Of a stretch of DNA of 64,000 bases, positions 14,267 to 26,380 are shown piece after piece (positions within the stretch are counted from its first letter, which is position 1; each line of letters begins with the position of its first letter). The notes under the pieces were generated by a model that saw only the letters and a list, made by a program, of their open reading frames with translations, was not told the origin of the DNA and made no database searches. The position numbers and the translations under genes were made by a program. Source of the DNA: Trichinella spiralis (taxonomy: Eukaryota); NCBI RefSeq assembly GCF_000181795.1, contig NW_003526945.1, positions 4,818,393 to 4,882,392 on the forward strand, written 5' to 3'.

Positions 14267-15755
14267 TTAAGGTGAAGATGTGTAACCGAGTCCACAACCA
14301 CGTCGAGTGTGCGTTGATAGTCGAGCCATTTCATACTGTTTACTTAAGTTATTAAAAATTTCTTCCTGCTTTCTACCAGAAGACGCATCTTCTGTGTTGC
14401 TAGTGCCAGGTTCCTTTTCTTTCCCATTACCATCTTTCATGCCAATCAGTTTACGAAACTTCTCCACGGATTTTTTATCCTCACATGTTGATAAAGCTTC
14501 TTCCCAATGCTTTTTAGCCTTAATTCACAAAGTTATTCATGGAAAACATGAAAATGACAAGGGCATCAAAATTTTTATAAAACACTTCTTTCTACGTTCA
14601 TGCAGTTCAAAAAGGCAATCGGTGCTCTAACTGTAATGTCAACTCACCGTGCTGTTATTTCCTTTCCAGAGTAATTTTCTTTCATTCACTTTTTTCATCA
14701 ACTTTTCGGATATACTCTGCCTGATCAGCGCATCACTGCTGCATTCACTTCGTGATCGTTGTTTCTCATTTCCACAGAGATGGTGTTCATCACATTCACG
14801 TCCTAATCAGCAAATATTACACATTATTTGCTGGAGAAAATTGAACGATTAAGGAAAAATTATAAAATAACTATTATCAAATTGAAATGCATGCAAAGAA
14901 TTTTTTATTTTTAAATTTCGTAATTTTAATATTCAATATCATTGGAATTGTAAGACAAATGCCTATTTACGATGCTGATATTCACGTGCAAAAGTGCGAT
15001 GTCGGTTGCGAGAAGAATCATCGCCACGTTCAGGTATTCTGAAAATAAAAATCATACGCAATGAACTTCAGTTATCTTTCTATCCTTTCTACCTTCGACG
15101 GGCCAAACCGCAAATTCGTGATTGTGAATAATTTCTGTAGCGGTACTGCGTTCGATCAGGAGGACTGCGAGAACGACGTGAACGATGCAATACACGTCCA
15201 CTATCACGGCGTTCCTTGCTTCGGCTTTCTCTGCTTCCATAGTCATCTCGGCATTTTCTTTCATCTTTCTGCTTTTGTTGCGTCGGATTTGCTTGCCTAA
15301 AAACATAAAACACAAAAATAAAAACGATAATAAAACAGTTATAAAATTCACGTCGAAATTCTACAATACAAAGCAAGTAACAAAGAAAAATTATTGATTT
15401 AACAATATTATATTAAAATAAAAAATTTTTCACTCTTTATTTAAAATAAAAATGTTTGCAAAATTGTCTTTAAGTTATAACAGCAATAAAGCAGTAAACA
15501 ACTTACTTGGCTTTATCGTTTATATCAATCTTTATACTTTCCTCATCTTCAGAGTTGCTTAATGATGAATCATAACTGCAAAGTCGATTAGACTAAATCA
15601 ATCAAATCATTCAGATTGTAATTTAGCATTTCATTAGATACATACAGACATCAGCAACACAGTAAAACACAGTTCGTTTTCAGCCTAAAAAAAGACATTT
15701 AGCCGGAAATAATATTTACAGCATTTAAACAGTCACATCTATATAGGAAAGCCAT
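14267..15755 (-). CDS. RSRC2: Arginine/serine-rich coiled-coil protein 2-like (C-terminal SMAP domain), multi-exon; start codon uncertain (15755 or 15651)
   Basis: Phase-compatible exons give an RS-rich region (HRSRRSRSPP), then ERKLLWKG|AKKHWE...KFRKLIGM and QEEIFNNLSKQYEMARLSTHTRRGCGLGY, matching the RSRC2 C-terminus as I recall it. Confidence 0.82.
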
Positions 15756-17523
15756 GCTGCTTGAAAATCCACCTGCAAAAAAATCATGTTAGGCATAACA
15801 TATAATAATAGATTTGCTTAAGCTTCTCAATTATAATTAATTTTCAGTAACTTATTCAATGCAAACAGAACAAAGTCAAGTTTTCAAGAAACTTTAAAAT
15901 TGAAAGTAAACACTGTCAAACCAGAAAAAATACAACACTTAATAAATAAATAAATACAAATAAATCATACAGTAAAAAGAAATTTTCATTTTTATAAAAT
16001 AATCCAGTTAGAAGCATCAAAATAATTTGCTGCAATCTTAAGAACTTTATCTAATATTTGATATAATTAAACAACAAACATATGTAAAAAGTTACACAGC
16101 TTAAAAGTTATTTTAAAAAGAACATTTACACTCTTTTAATTACATTCAACAGCGCCCGTAAACAATGCAAAGCAAGATCAACTTGAATAAACAGATCAGT
16201 TTAATAATTGCTTAAGTAGAGCTTTCGATATATCATCTTTTCATTACTTTTCGTTTGTAAAAAATAGATATATTTTCAGCAGCAATGAAACAGCACAAGT
16301 GTATATAAATAATAAAAAAAATAAAGCAAATCAAATCAGGTGAATATAAATTAAATAAACTGCAATAACATTGAAGAAATAATTCGATATTAAAAACTAC
16401 AAAAAATACAGTAGATAAATGTTAATCAAGTTCTTAAATCCCACACAGTGATTAATGTAAGGGGAAAATTTACATTACATTTTGTAAAATTCAGTTATGC
16501 TCATAAATTTTGTTGAATTCTAATTGAATACTTAAGGTTCTGGAATATTTAGGTTTCATTCTCAAATTAGACTGAAAAAAATTGCACTTCAATCAGATAT
16601 TTTCTATGCGTCTGCAGTACCAAAATTTGAAACACTTTACTTTCTTTTATTTTTGCCTGAATAATTTAAAATTATAGGACAAATTATATATAAATATTTA
16701 TTTATTTATTTAATACGTTCATTTAATTCAATTACAATATCCTACAACTCTGTCTAATCCAACTTTTTATCAGTAATTTATTAACGGCTGCCATTAATAG
16801 AATTGTTGCCAGCAGTACAAACTTGAGTAAAGCCTAACTGTCAATAAATATGTACTGTAAATGAGAGAATATACCAATTTGAAGCGTGTACAAAAAGTTG
16901 CTACTGTGACGAGCGTGTTGGAATTTTATATTGTATTTGTAATTGTGACCAATAAATAGATCCACCGCATTAGCTTTTCTGATCATTACGCTCGAGAAAC
17001 AGCTTTCTGTTTACCTTACTTTGAGCGACGTCTCCTAATTTTAATTAAATTGACTTATCGTAAGTCCATTGTTGATCGGCGCAACCTAGTTATTCCGTCG
17101 AAGGTAGAATTGAATTTTCCACCGAAATCAGTACAGTCACCATTAACTTGATAATCGACGATTATCAACGTCGAATTGTTGATAACAAGGCTGTTTATTG
17201 TAGATTTAAAATTTTTAAGTTAGGTGACTGACATTTAATTAGGTAAATAAATATTAAAGTGAATACAGTAAGGAATTTAACTAAATTTAAAATTTCATTT
17301 CAGAACAACTGGTTTGAATTAAGTTAAGCTTATATATTGAAATTTTATTTAAAATCGTTTCTGTTATTTTAAAGTGCATTTTCTTTATTAATTTTTATTC
17401 ATATACACAGTATCAAAAATAGAACCATTTGCTTTATTCAGAAACGAAATAACTCGTGAAAATTGCAAGCAGCTATAGTGGTCGAAATTTCAGTATCAAA
17501 GCAAGCCGAAAGTAGCAATCAGC

Positions 17524-19933
17524 ATGTCAACTATGCAATCAAAGTTTGTTTTCAATTCGTTGTAATTTAATCTTTAATTCTTAAAATTATCTAGTAATAT
17601 TTTTGATATGTATAATGCTATGAATATGGGATATAATTAAGTTTTCTGTTTAACTATCGCAGTTCATTGAGAGAAGGATTTTTGTTTTGTAAATTCCAAA
17701 AGTAAATCTACAAGAAACTTTATTGTATTAAATCATTAAATGAGTTTTTGTGAAATAGTGATTTGCATTTTCATATTAATTTTTATTTCAAACAATTTTA
17801 GAATTTTAATATGTAGGTGTTCACTTTTATTAATCTAAAGTGTTATTTAGAGTGGAAATGAATCGTGTGGTTTCAACTAAACGCAAGAAAGAAGTTTATT
17901 ACATGTGCTACAGATGCGCAATTTCATTAAAGAGTCAGGATGATCTTCTTTTGCATAACAGACTAATGCATGGCGATCCAAAACGTACTTATAATCAGTG
18001 TGAATTGTGTGGTCGTTACTTGTTAACGAAGAACCGTCTGGCTGACCACAAGAAAAAGATGCACAACGACAGAATAGTCTCGGCTTTGCTAACAGAGCTG
18101 TATTCCTTAATGCAGGAGAAAGGGGTGTTCGATATCTCAAAACCTGTAGGATTTTTATTATTTATTATTTTATCACGCTTTTGAAATGAAGTTTTTTACT
18201 GACGCGCATATTTTCGTTAAATATGTTGTGACACTTTGAAAATAAGTTTATTTTTAATTAGTAATTTTGAATTTAGCTGTTTTCCATTAATGGTTATAGG
18301 AGCAAAGTTAAACTATCGAAAATAGTTGAGTACTTTAGTGTTTTTAATTGTTAATATAATGCATTATTTGTCTACTATCTTAAATATGAAAAGTTATAAA
18401 TGGAATTGTTGTTGTTTCCACTTATAATGTTTGTAACTTGTTTCAACATGTTTTCAGAAAACTGAAAATTTTAGATCTTTTTAAATGATCATTGTTATGT
18501 GATATATTCCATTCATTGAATCATTTGATAATTCTAGGTTGTACAGTATGCAAATTACAGTATGAATAATGCAGGATCAAATTTAACATCGATCCGGATT
18601 ATTAGTTGCTTACTTTAATATTTAAATGCTAATTTGACTAGATTTTATATAATAGATGTAAGTGCATGTTGATTGATATTATATTGTGCAGTTATTCTAT
18701 ATGCGTATTTATGTCTTTTCAAATCAATTAAGGATAATGTTTTCTTCAGAACGTGATTTTTCCTTCGTTTATATATAGGTTTTGTAAGTTAATGTATTTT
18801 TAAATATATTTTACAGGGAACTGATTACAGTTCGCTGAGCTGGGAAGAAAATGCTAAAATAAGAGCTACTTCAAATGCAGGAAAGAATTCAGCGAAGTAT
18901 GTATCATCAGATCGAATGGCTGCAATTGAAGAAACTATCTACCACACAATTGAAAAATGCAGCGCAATGAGTAGGCGTGAATCTGCTGGATCTTACTCAG
19001 AAAGTACCAGTAATATAAGTAATTCTGGATGGAGGCTCAGCTAGCCTCCAAACAGAGAATATTTGTCTTCTGTTTTACTTGAATAAGTGTTGCGTAAACG
19101 TGAATATGTTTGTAGGATCGAAGAAAGATAAGGTGAATCCAGAAGTATTATATAAATCAGTGCAGGCGATGTCATCTGTGATAAATGATGTTCTGCATGA
19201 TTCATCAACATGTTTGTCATCAGACAAATCAGTTAAAGAAGGAAGGAACCGGTCAAGGAGTGGTAGTGGTTCTGTGAATTCACGACCATCACTCACCGTT
19301 GGAAGGGTGAGAAGGAAGAAGGAGAAACAACTGAAGAGGTCGAATAAATCATCTAGACAAAGAAAGAGGAAAGCTCAGCGTGAATATGGTAGCAAGATGA
19401 AGGAGAAGAAATTTAAAGTGAGCTTTTTTGGTGATCCGTCAGCATTAAATCCAATGCTGGAGTGGGGTCCAGAATGGGAGAATTCTGCAAGACGATTGCC
19501 AAAAATTACATCTCAGCCACCACCAGCAGATAATGTGCAGCAGCTTTTAGTCACATCGTTTGATAAATGTCCAGTATGTGAAAAAGAACACAACGCTCTT
19601 GAGGAAATGTTTCAACATCTTGTATTTGAACATAACGGCAAATTTTCAAAATTGATTCGCTGTGTACGCATTTCTGAACGAACAAAAAATGTAGCTGAAT
19701 TTAACGGTGCTTACTGCCTTACATGCCAGAAGGATTTCCCTAATGAGGAAGATTATTTATATCACATCGCGGTAGAACATTCGCAGCAGCTTCTTGGTCC
19801 ATCGTCATGCGGTGACGTGACTGTTACAGCAATTTTGAGCGGATTGGATCCATCTGACAACAAGCTAAAAAAGTATACAGTTGAATTTATCAGCAAAAAA
19901 CAGCCGTCAGAGGATACAAATGGAGAAAACTGA
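17524..19933 (+). CDS. C2H2 zinc-finger protein with two separated finger pairs (exons ~17524-17543, 17851-18144, 18817-19018, 19117-19933)
   Basis: CYRC..HNRLMH and CELC..HKKKMH at the N-terminus, CPVC..HLVFEH and CLTC..HIAVEH at the C-terminus, with a basic NLS-like linker. Splice phases 2, 0 and 1 are consistent. Confidence 0.8.
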
Positions 19934-21258
19934 CCAACAATTGTCAACTGACCGTGTAATCAATTGTTCTCACACTCATAGTAATTGAAATTGGAAATGG
20001 ATTCTCCTACAGCTGAAATAATTCTTAATATCACTATAAAAGTGCACATTTTAGTACAGTGCAGTGATTTCTGAACGATGTTTATTATTCGGGGAATTAC
20101 AATTTCTTAACAGTATTGTTTTTCTGGTTTTGCACTGCCCTAATTGTCAAGCAGACGGATTTGATGGTGTTTGTGACTTCACATTTGTATCATATGTATT
20201 AAAGTAGTGTATGATAAAGCAAATTAATAATTGTTTGAAGCCTTAAACAATGAAGCATGCCTATAATCAGAAGGGACTATTTAACGTAACGCAATCGAAA
20301 GCAACTAATCAAACACATCCATACCTAAACTGACATATAGAGGGCGCAGTAATCGTGGATGAAATGCTATTACCAAATAAGCCAATGAGAGTACTTTCAC
20401 CTACTTTTCAGTATTATCGTGCTCATTAGAGAGGTTCGGTCATGATTTCCAAATAAAAATACTTAACAGTGCAACATTAAAATAAGAACCAGTAAAATGT
20501 AATGCATGGGAATTATAAGTCGATAAAATTTATTTCAACAATGACAGCGAACCAACAGACAGCAAAACATACAAAGCAGAAGAGAAAGTTACATCAGAGA
20601 AAATGAAAGTTAACTATCATCGAAACGTTTAATAAAAAACTGAAAATCACAAAGACAATAATAAATATCAAGAGAGCTAGTTTCATTTTAGTGAAAATTC
20701 AAATGCCTGAAATACGCTGAACATGATTTTCAGCATTTTAGATTTCAGAATTTCAAAACAAAAATCCTTTCCCCTACAAAACGTGCTAAGCGGCATTAGC
20801 AAAAATTCACTATCAGCGCTTCCAGCAATTTAAATATTCTCCTATTTGATAAAGTATTCATAAAATATTCTTCAACATAACTAAACAGAATTGTGATCAG
20901 CAGTATTTCATTGAACAAAAAAAGCATACTATGTTTCTTTAATACCGTACTCAATTTTCATTAATATCATACTCAAACATTATACTCAGGGTTTAGGCAA
21001 TCCATATTCGATGGGCAAAATATACAATTCAATTTATTTTAAACTTGATGAATGAGAATTATTTTCAAAATAAATGATACTACACAAAATATCAGTCACG
21101 TAGTAACCACGTAACAAACGAAACTTCAAAGTATTCAAACATTAATGAAAAGAAAATTCAACAGCAAACTTTCATAGGAAATAAATTGAAATGCCAAATG
21201 CAATCGTCCCTAAAAGCACTGAAAAAATATGACTAAAAAACAACAATTGAAAAACATT

Positions 21259-23202
21259 ATTTTATAAAGTAAATTAATAATAACGATGATAATAATCATC
21301 ACTACAAGCATGTTGCTGCTGCTACGCATTACATTAACTACTATTCCACTTCTTATTATTTCTTTTGAATACATAGCACGAACGCAACATAAAACTGACA
21401 TCAGACAAACGATAGTAGAAACCGACACCAGGTAGGCACTCGGGAATAAGCGAAAAGCGCTGACCTGTAAACGAGCAGGGAAAATTGACGAATAGAAAGC
21501 GCACGTGTTTATTTTTAAAAGTTGTAAAGCTTCATGCTGCAAATTTTATACAATTCATACTATAAAAAATGTGATAAACGCAGCATACTCTTTCTTTTTT
21601 CATCATAAACAAACTTATGCAATAGTAACACTATTTCCAGGGGACTGCCTTCATGAACACGGGGAATGAAGAAATTTCGTTCTGACGCGCTATTGAAGCG
21701 TGAAATCAGATTCAAATAAAACTACTTATCATGAGCTCAAGCAAGGCAACCAAGCGTGAAAACCTCACAAAAACAACATCTAGAAACAAATTAACAGAGT
21801 CGAAACTAACAACAAGCAACAAATAACTAAAAAACAACCACTATTATACCATTCATATTATGTCACCTTATTGCTTGTTTTACAATTAAGAAAGCTAAAA
21901 TTAAAAGTGCCAAAAGAGACGCAGCCGCTCTAACTGCAAATTCAGACGAAATGCATGTAAGAATGTCATCATCATCAGGACAAATATAACAAACAATGCA
22001 ACGTTTGGAAGAACCGATTTGCGAAGATTAAAAAATTTGACTACAAATGAAAAACACTCCTTACATATAACGTTACAAAAACTGGACATTAAGTAAACAT
22101 GTGTAGCATATCGAGCCTTTTGAGAAAGCATGATTTGATATGAGCAAGAGAGATGCAAAAAAAATTCAAAATAATTCTCTCGTTTAAAAATTAACAGTTG
22201 AATGCAAACCAAAACAATTTACCCAGGAATTTGATTCAGTTAATGAGATTCAAAAACACACTACAATAAATATTACTGTGAATTTGCAGTACAATCGTAT
22301 TTTTTAAATGTCTAATAATAACCTTTGGAAAATGAAAATAATTAGAATTTTTTAATAATTAATAAATAAATTCATCGCTAAATAATCAGAAAAATATCCA
22401 CCACTGAATAACAATTAACAAAATTAAAAAAAATAACTTTAATATGTTATTAAAATCAATTAACTTAAAAAATTATTTTGAATTGCTGAACATTCTCCTC
22501 GATCGGTCATTTTTCAGTTATCTTAGGGTTTAGTTCAATCCAAGAAAATCAATACATTTCTTATTTTCACTGAGATTTCGACTACCGTACTTTCTCACGG
22601 CCAAGTGTATATTACATACATTACATATTATATTACATACATGTTACTTAATGTTATGTGAATAAATTGAAAATTAATTAAAATTTTAAATTAATTAACG
22701 GTTTCATAAAACAAAAGCATAATAATTTTTTACATAAATAAATAACATGAAGATTTGAAATGAACATAATCATAAAATATTTAAATGCACAATTCACTAT
22801 GAAATTAAACTTTAAAAATATATGAAAGTAACTAGTTGTATAAATGCTATTTATTTTCAAAAATTAAAAAAGCACCGAATATATAAAATAAAATCTTGAC
22901 CCCTGTCACCTCATTTTTAATATATTTACGGTAATGCCCTTTGCCGTTTACAGTAATTAGCTCTTGTTTATCATTTGGCTTGCCGTGGGCAGCGTTGATA
23001 GGTGGTTTTCATATACGTTGATCTATTTCAGATTGTTCTGTATATTATATCACTGCATGTTATTTTTTAATACTTTAAATGTTTTAAATATATTTTAGAT
23101 CAAAACTTTTACTTACCTGCGATTTCTGCTGGTTGAAATGAAGATTTTTTCTCCTTACTTTTTTAGGCTTGAGAATTTGCGAAGTAACTTCTCAAAAGAA
23201 TT
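21259..23202 (+). repeat. Direct repeat copy 1 of a ~1.95-kb non-coding block (upstream region and 5' UTR of small membrane protein gene A)
   Basis: Nearly base-for-base match to 26381-28327 (offset ~5122-5125). Only a handful of differences in the central 1.4 kb. Confidence 0.97.
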
Positions 23203-23784
23203 ATGAAGCCTGTAGTCGCATTCATTATCTCATTGGAACTGTGCTTGGCATGCAGCAGCTCTTCTGATCAAAACGAATTGATTCCTGAACTGAAGAACAA
23301 ATGCTATTTGGGCCATGTAATAAACCGCTATATGAACGGTTCAATTTGCTATTTAACAGTTGTGGCCATTGTTTTTTTCGTTGTGTTTCTGAAAAATTTA
23401 ATGGACGTCGTAATGATTTTTACTGCAAATAATAATACTGATGTAAAAGGGCGTAGTAATGCCGCTGTGGAAAGTGCTAGTATAGCGAACACTGAAAAGC
23501 AGAATGCGGTTGTAGTATGTATGGGTAAGCATAAATTGATTCAGTTTTTGTCTTTGCTAACTTGCTATTGCACCCTGGCTTCCTGAAAATACTAAACGCA
23601 TTCGATATTAGCGTCACATCTTCAATTGCTGACTGAAAGTATTAAGTATTCCTATTGATGTGGTTAAAAATCATATAACTTTCTCAGTGTAATTATTTAG
23701 TTGAAATTGCAGTAAACAATTGTTTCTTTGAATAGTTGAACAAGAATTTTACACGATGATTTTCTTGCAGACTACAACTCATGA
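23203..23784 (+). CDS. Small signal-peptide plus single-TM protein of unknown function, paralog A (~111 aa; exons 23203-23524, 23771-23784)
   Basis: Hydrophobic N-terminus MKPVVAFIISLELCLA, TM segment LTVVAIVFFVVFL, phase-1 intron G|GTAAGC...TTGCAG|AC, ending VVVCMDYNS*. Homologous to 28328-28904. Confidence 0.7.
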
Positions 23785-24507
23785 AAGACCAAGAAGATCA
23801 ACGCAGAAAAAAACGACGTTAGAAGGTCATCTGAAAAGAAATCGTATTTCTATATTTCTATAATCGTAACAAAAAGTTTATTTGAAATACATTCTTAATT
23901 ATTATTATACTTATATTCTGCGTTGCTGATTGTATTAAAATATGAAATAAGTTTTATAATGTTTCAATGTACTGGTTCGAAGAATAAGAAAAATTTATAC
24001 TTTAGAGCGAACCTAGGTGATTCATGTCACTAATGGAAAGCGCATAAAGGGCAATAATATACTCAGCTGTAAATTCAATAGACCATATCCCAAACAGAAA
24101 ACTGGAAATATATGCATTCTTACTATAAACGTTTTCAAAAGTATCCAGAGCTAATTAAAAATTAACCACATTTCAGTAATAATACGATTAAATAAAAATG
24201 ATTTTATCAAAAAAAATTTATGAATGCTTCATGAAACAATTTTTACAACGCTAACAGTGAAGCTCAATATAACGGAAAAGTTTTCATTTTTGCAAGTCCA
24301 CGTTTTAACTGTTATACGCAAAGTTTTCAATTTTCATAAAATTCAGATACGATTTGTTACAGTCATGGGAACGATTCGCTCTGCCATCTCTGTTTTACTT
24401 ACTTCACCAATATAGAATGCATAAATAAAAAATACTTAGACAGATTATATAATTAAATTTTACTTATTTATTTACAATAACCGTCTTTCGGTTTATGGGC
24501 TTATGGG

Positions 24508-26270
24508 TCACAATACACTCCAAAGCGGTTGATTTTCAAGCGTGAAGCAGAATACAAGTATATCGTAGTGTGTGGTTCCATCTAGAAAACTTCCTCAACA
24601 TATTTCTACATTATCAAACAGTAATTCTTATAGCACAATACATAATTTTAAACTTGAGCGCGTTATTTCCTAATAATTTCTGCAATTGCAGTTGGTCACG
24701 TTCACGCAAATGCTTGTCTTTCCATCGTCATTGGGATATGCTGTGTACAACTGAAATTATAATGGAAAGCCTTTATGCCAATATGTGTTTTGAAAAGGAA
24801 AATACAACACTACACAACATATAGCAACACTAAATGCAGAAGAAAATTTATTATACAGTGATACATATATTAAATTTACTGTTCTTTCCATTTTATTATT
24901 CTTATGCCAAGTAATCACCAACGATGCCATTCCGCATACAGAATGTTTCAGCAACAGCAATTTACGTTATCATATATGGTAAATGGGGAAGACCTAATTT
25001 CTCCAACGAACGCCTACTTTTTCGCAGTGAATTTCATTGGTTGCTGCTCTGATGCACGCAAATAAATTTCATTGAATTGAAGCATGCTATTCGCTTAGGA
25101 ATTTGCAAGGTGGTTGCCCCCGACGTGTCATGTTAGCTTAAGCAATTTAGAGTTCAGCAGTCCCTTTTCTAGGAAACCGAATCCCACCAGACTGACAACC
25201 CATAAAATTTAGCTGCGCGCCTCAGAGCGACAACCAATAAAATTTAGATGAAAAAAAGTAGGCAGAGTTCGTTGGGGGTTAATCGGTACTAGGATGAAGT
25301 ACTGGAATATTCAGTATTTACTCATGCATTCTCTTCAGATACTAAAATCTCATGTTCTAAGTAAAAAATACCACTTTCATGCTTTCCCACTTTCATCAGT
25401 GGATTATCTCTATCCATATTGCTGTTTCAAATCTATCCAAAAGATCCTGTGCTCAGTGTGGTTCTAAGCATGCAGTTTCCATATAGATCATGACCTCCTA
25501 AAGGATAACATTTTTGATAACTTCGTTGTACCTTTGATCAAGGTGCTGAAATCGTTAACATCGAATAATTTCAAATAGCTACAGGTTGAAATGTTCCTTC
25601 ACTCATTTATTTCATCAATTTGTTAATCAATTTCAGGGTAAATAATGAATGGAAGGCACGGTATGCAGAAGACTCTCATAGGCATCATAAATAATATCAC
25701 TCATTATTTTCATCATGTGAGAAATATTTTTTCTGGAAAACAAAACACCAGGAACTTAGCGGAAATAGAACAAAAAGTACCCTTCACACCATTAAATGCT
25801 GAAATTTGACAAAGCACTAGCTTACATTTCAAGTAAACCTCATCCCCTTCTACTACACCAGGTTGATCGTTTCCATAAGATGCATAATTATGGCACCAAG
25901 GAAAAAAAAACTCATATCACTAATGATAGATACAGTTATAAATAACCCAAACGCAAGTGTGCGCACATAAATACATATATACAAATAAATATAAAAATGA
26001 TTTATACCAATGCAACTACTATGAAAAGGAAGTAAGCATAGAGGAACTTCCAATTTTCAAGCTAATACCTGAGTTTCAGATGAAAAGTACTGTGAAATTC
26101 GGTTGCTAATGGATACTGCTCCTAACTGTTATATTTTCCGTCAACCAAGGTGTTAGATGTTTGAACACATAATGTATAAAGCAAAGCACGGCATTCAACA
26201 GCACATCGTCAAAACAGCTCAGTAAAGAATACTCTCAAGAGTAAACTTATATACCAAATAAATGAAAAGT
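24508..26270 (-). pseudogene. Probable decayed DNase II-like pseudogene interrupted by a MITE-like element
   Basis: Minus-strand peptide fragments in DNase II order: YLVYKF (~26243-26260), ASYGNDQP (~25860-25883), VKG (~25785), IIYD..LLHTVP (~25654-25697), CFTLENQPLW (~24520-24549). They are separated by stops and frameshifts. Motif recognition only. Confidence 0.45.
24992..25288. mobile_element. MITE-like non-autonomous DNA element with ~80-bp imperfect terminal inverted repeats
   Basis: Left arm CTCCAACGAACGCCTACTTTTT...ATTGGTTGCTGCTCTGATGCACGCA matches the reverse complement of the right arm (CCCCAACGAACTCTGCCTACTTTTT...ATTGGTTGTCGCTCTGAGGCGCGCA). No ORF. The right end abuts TA, but a left target-site duplication is not visible. 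Confidence 0.7.
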
Positions 26271-26380
26271 TTAAATGGCAAAAACGGTTAGTTCAACATT
26301 ATACAAAAAATATTTTTTCATGAAATGTAACAATTGAAATGAAAACGCATTATAAACCATTAAATTGAAATCACAATTTA

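Noticed and set aside
21210..21542. 110-aa hydrophobic minus ORF in the duplicated block
   Set aside because: TTG start, mostly non-synonymous differences and a frameshift in copy 2; no support for coding constraint.
23110..23120. TACTTACCTG resembling the U1 snRNA 5' end (also ~28235)
   Set aside because: No U1 stem-loops or Sm site follow; it reads better as a minus-strand splice donor.
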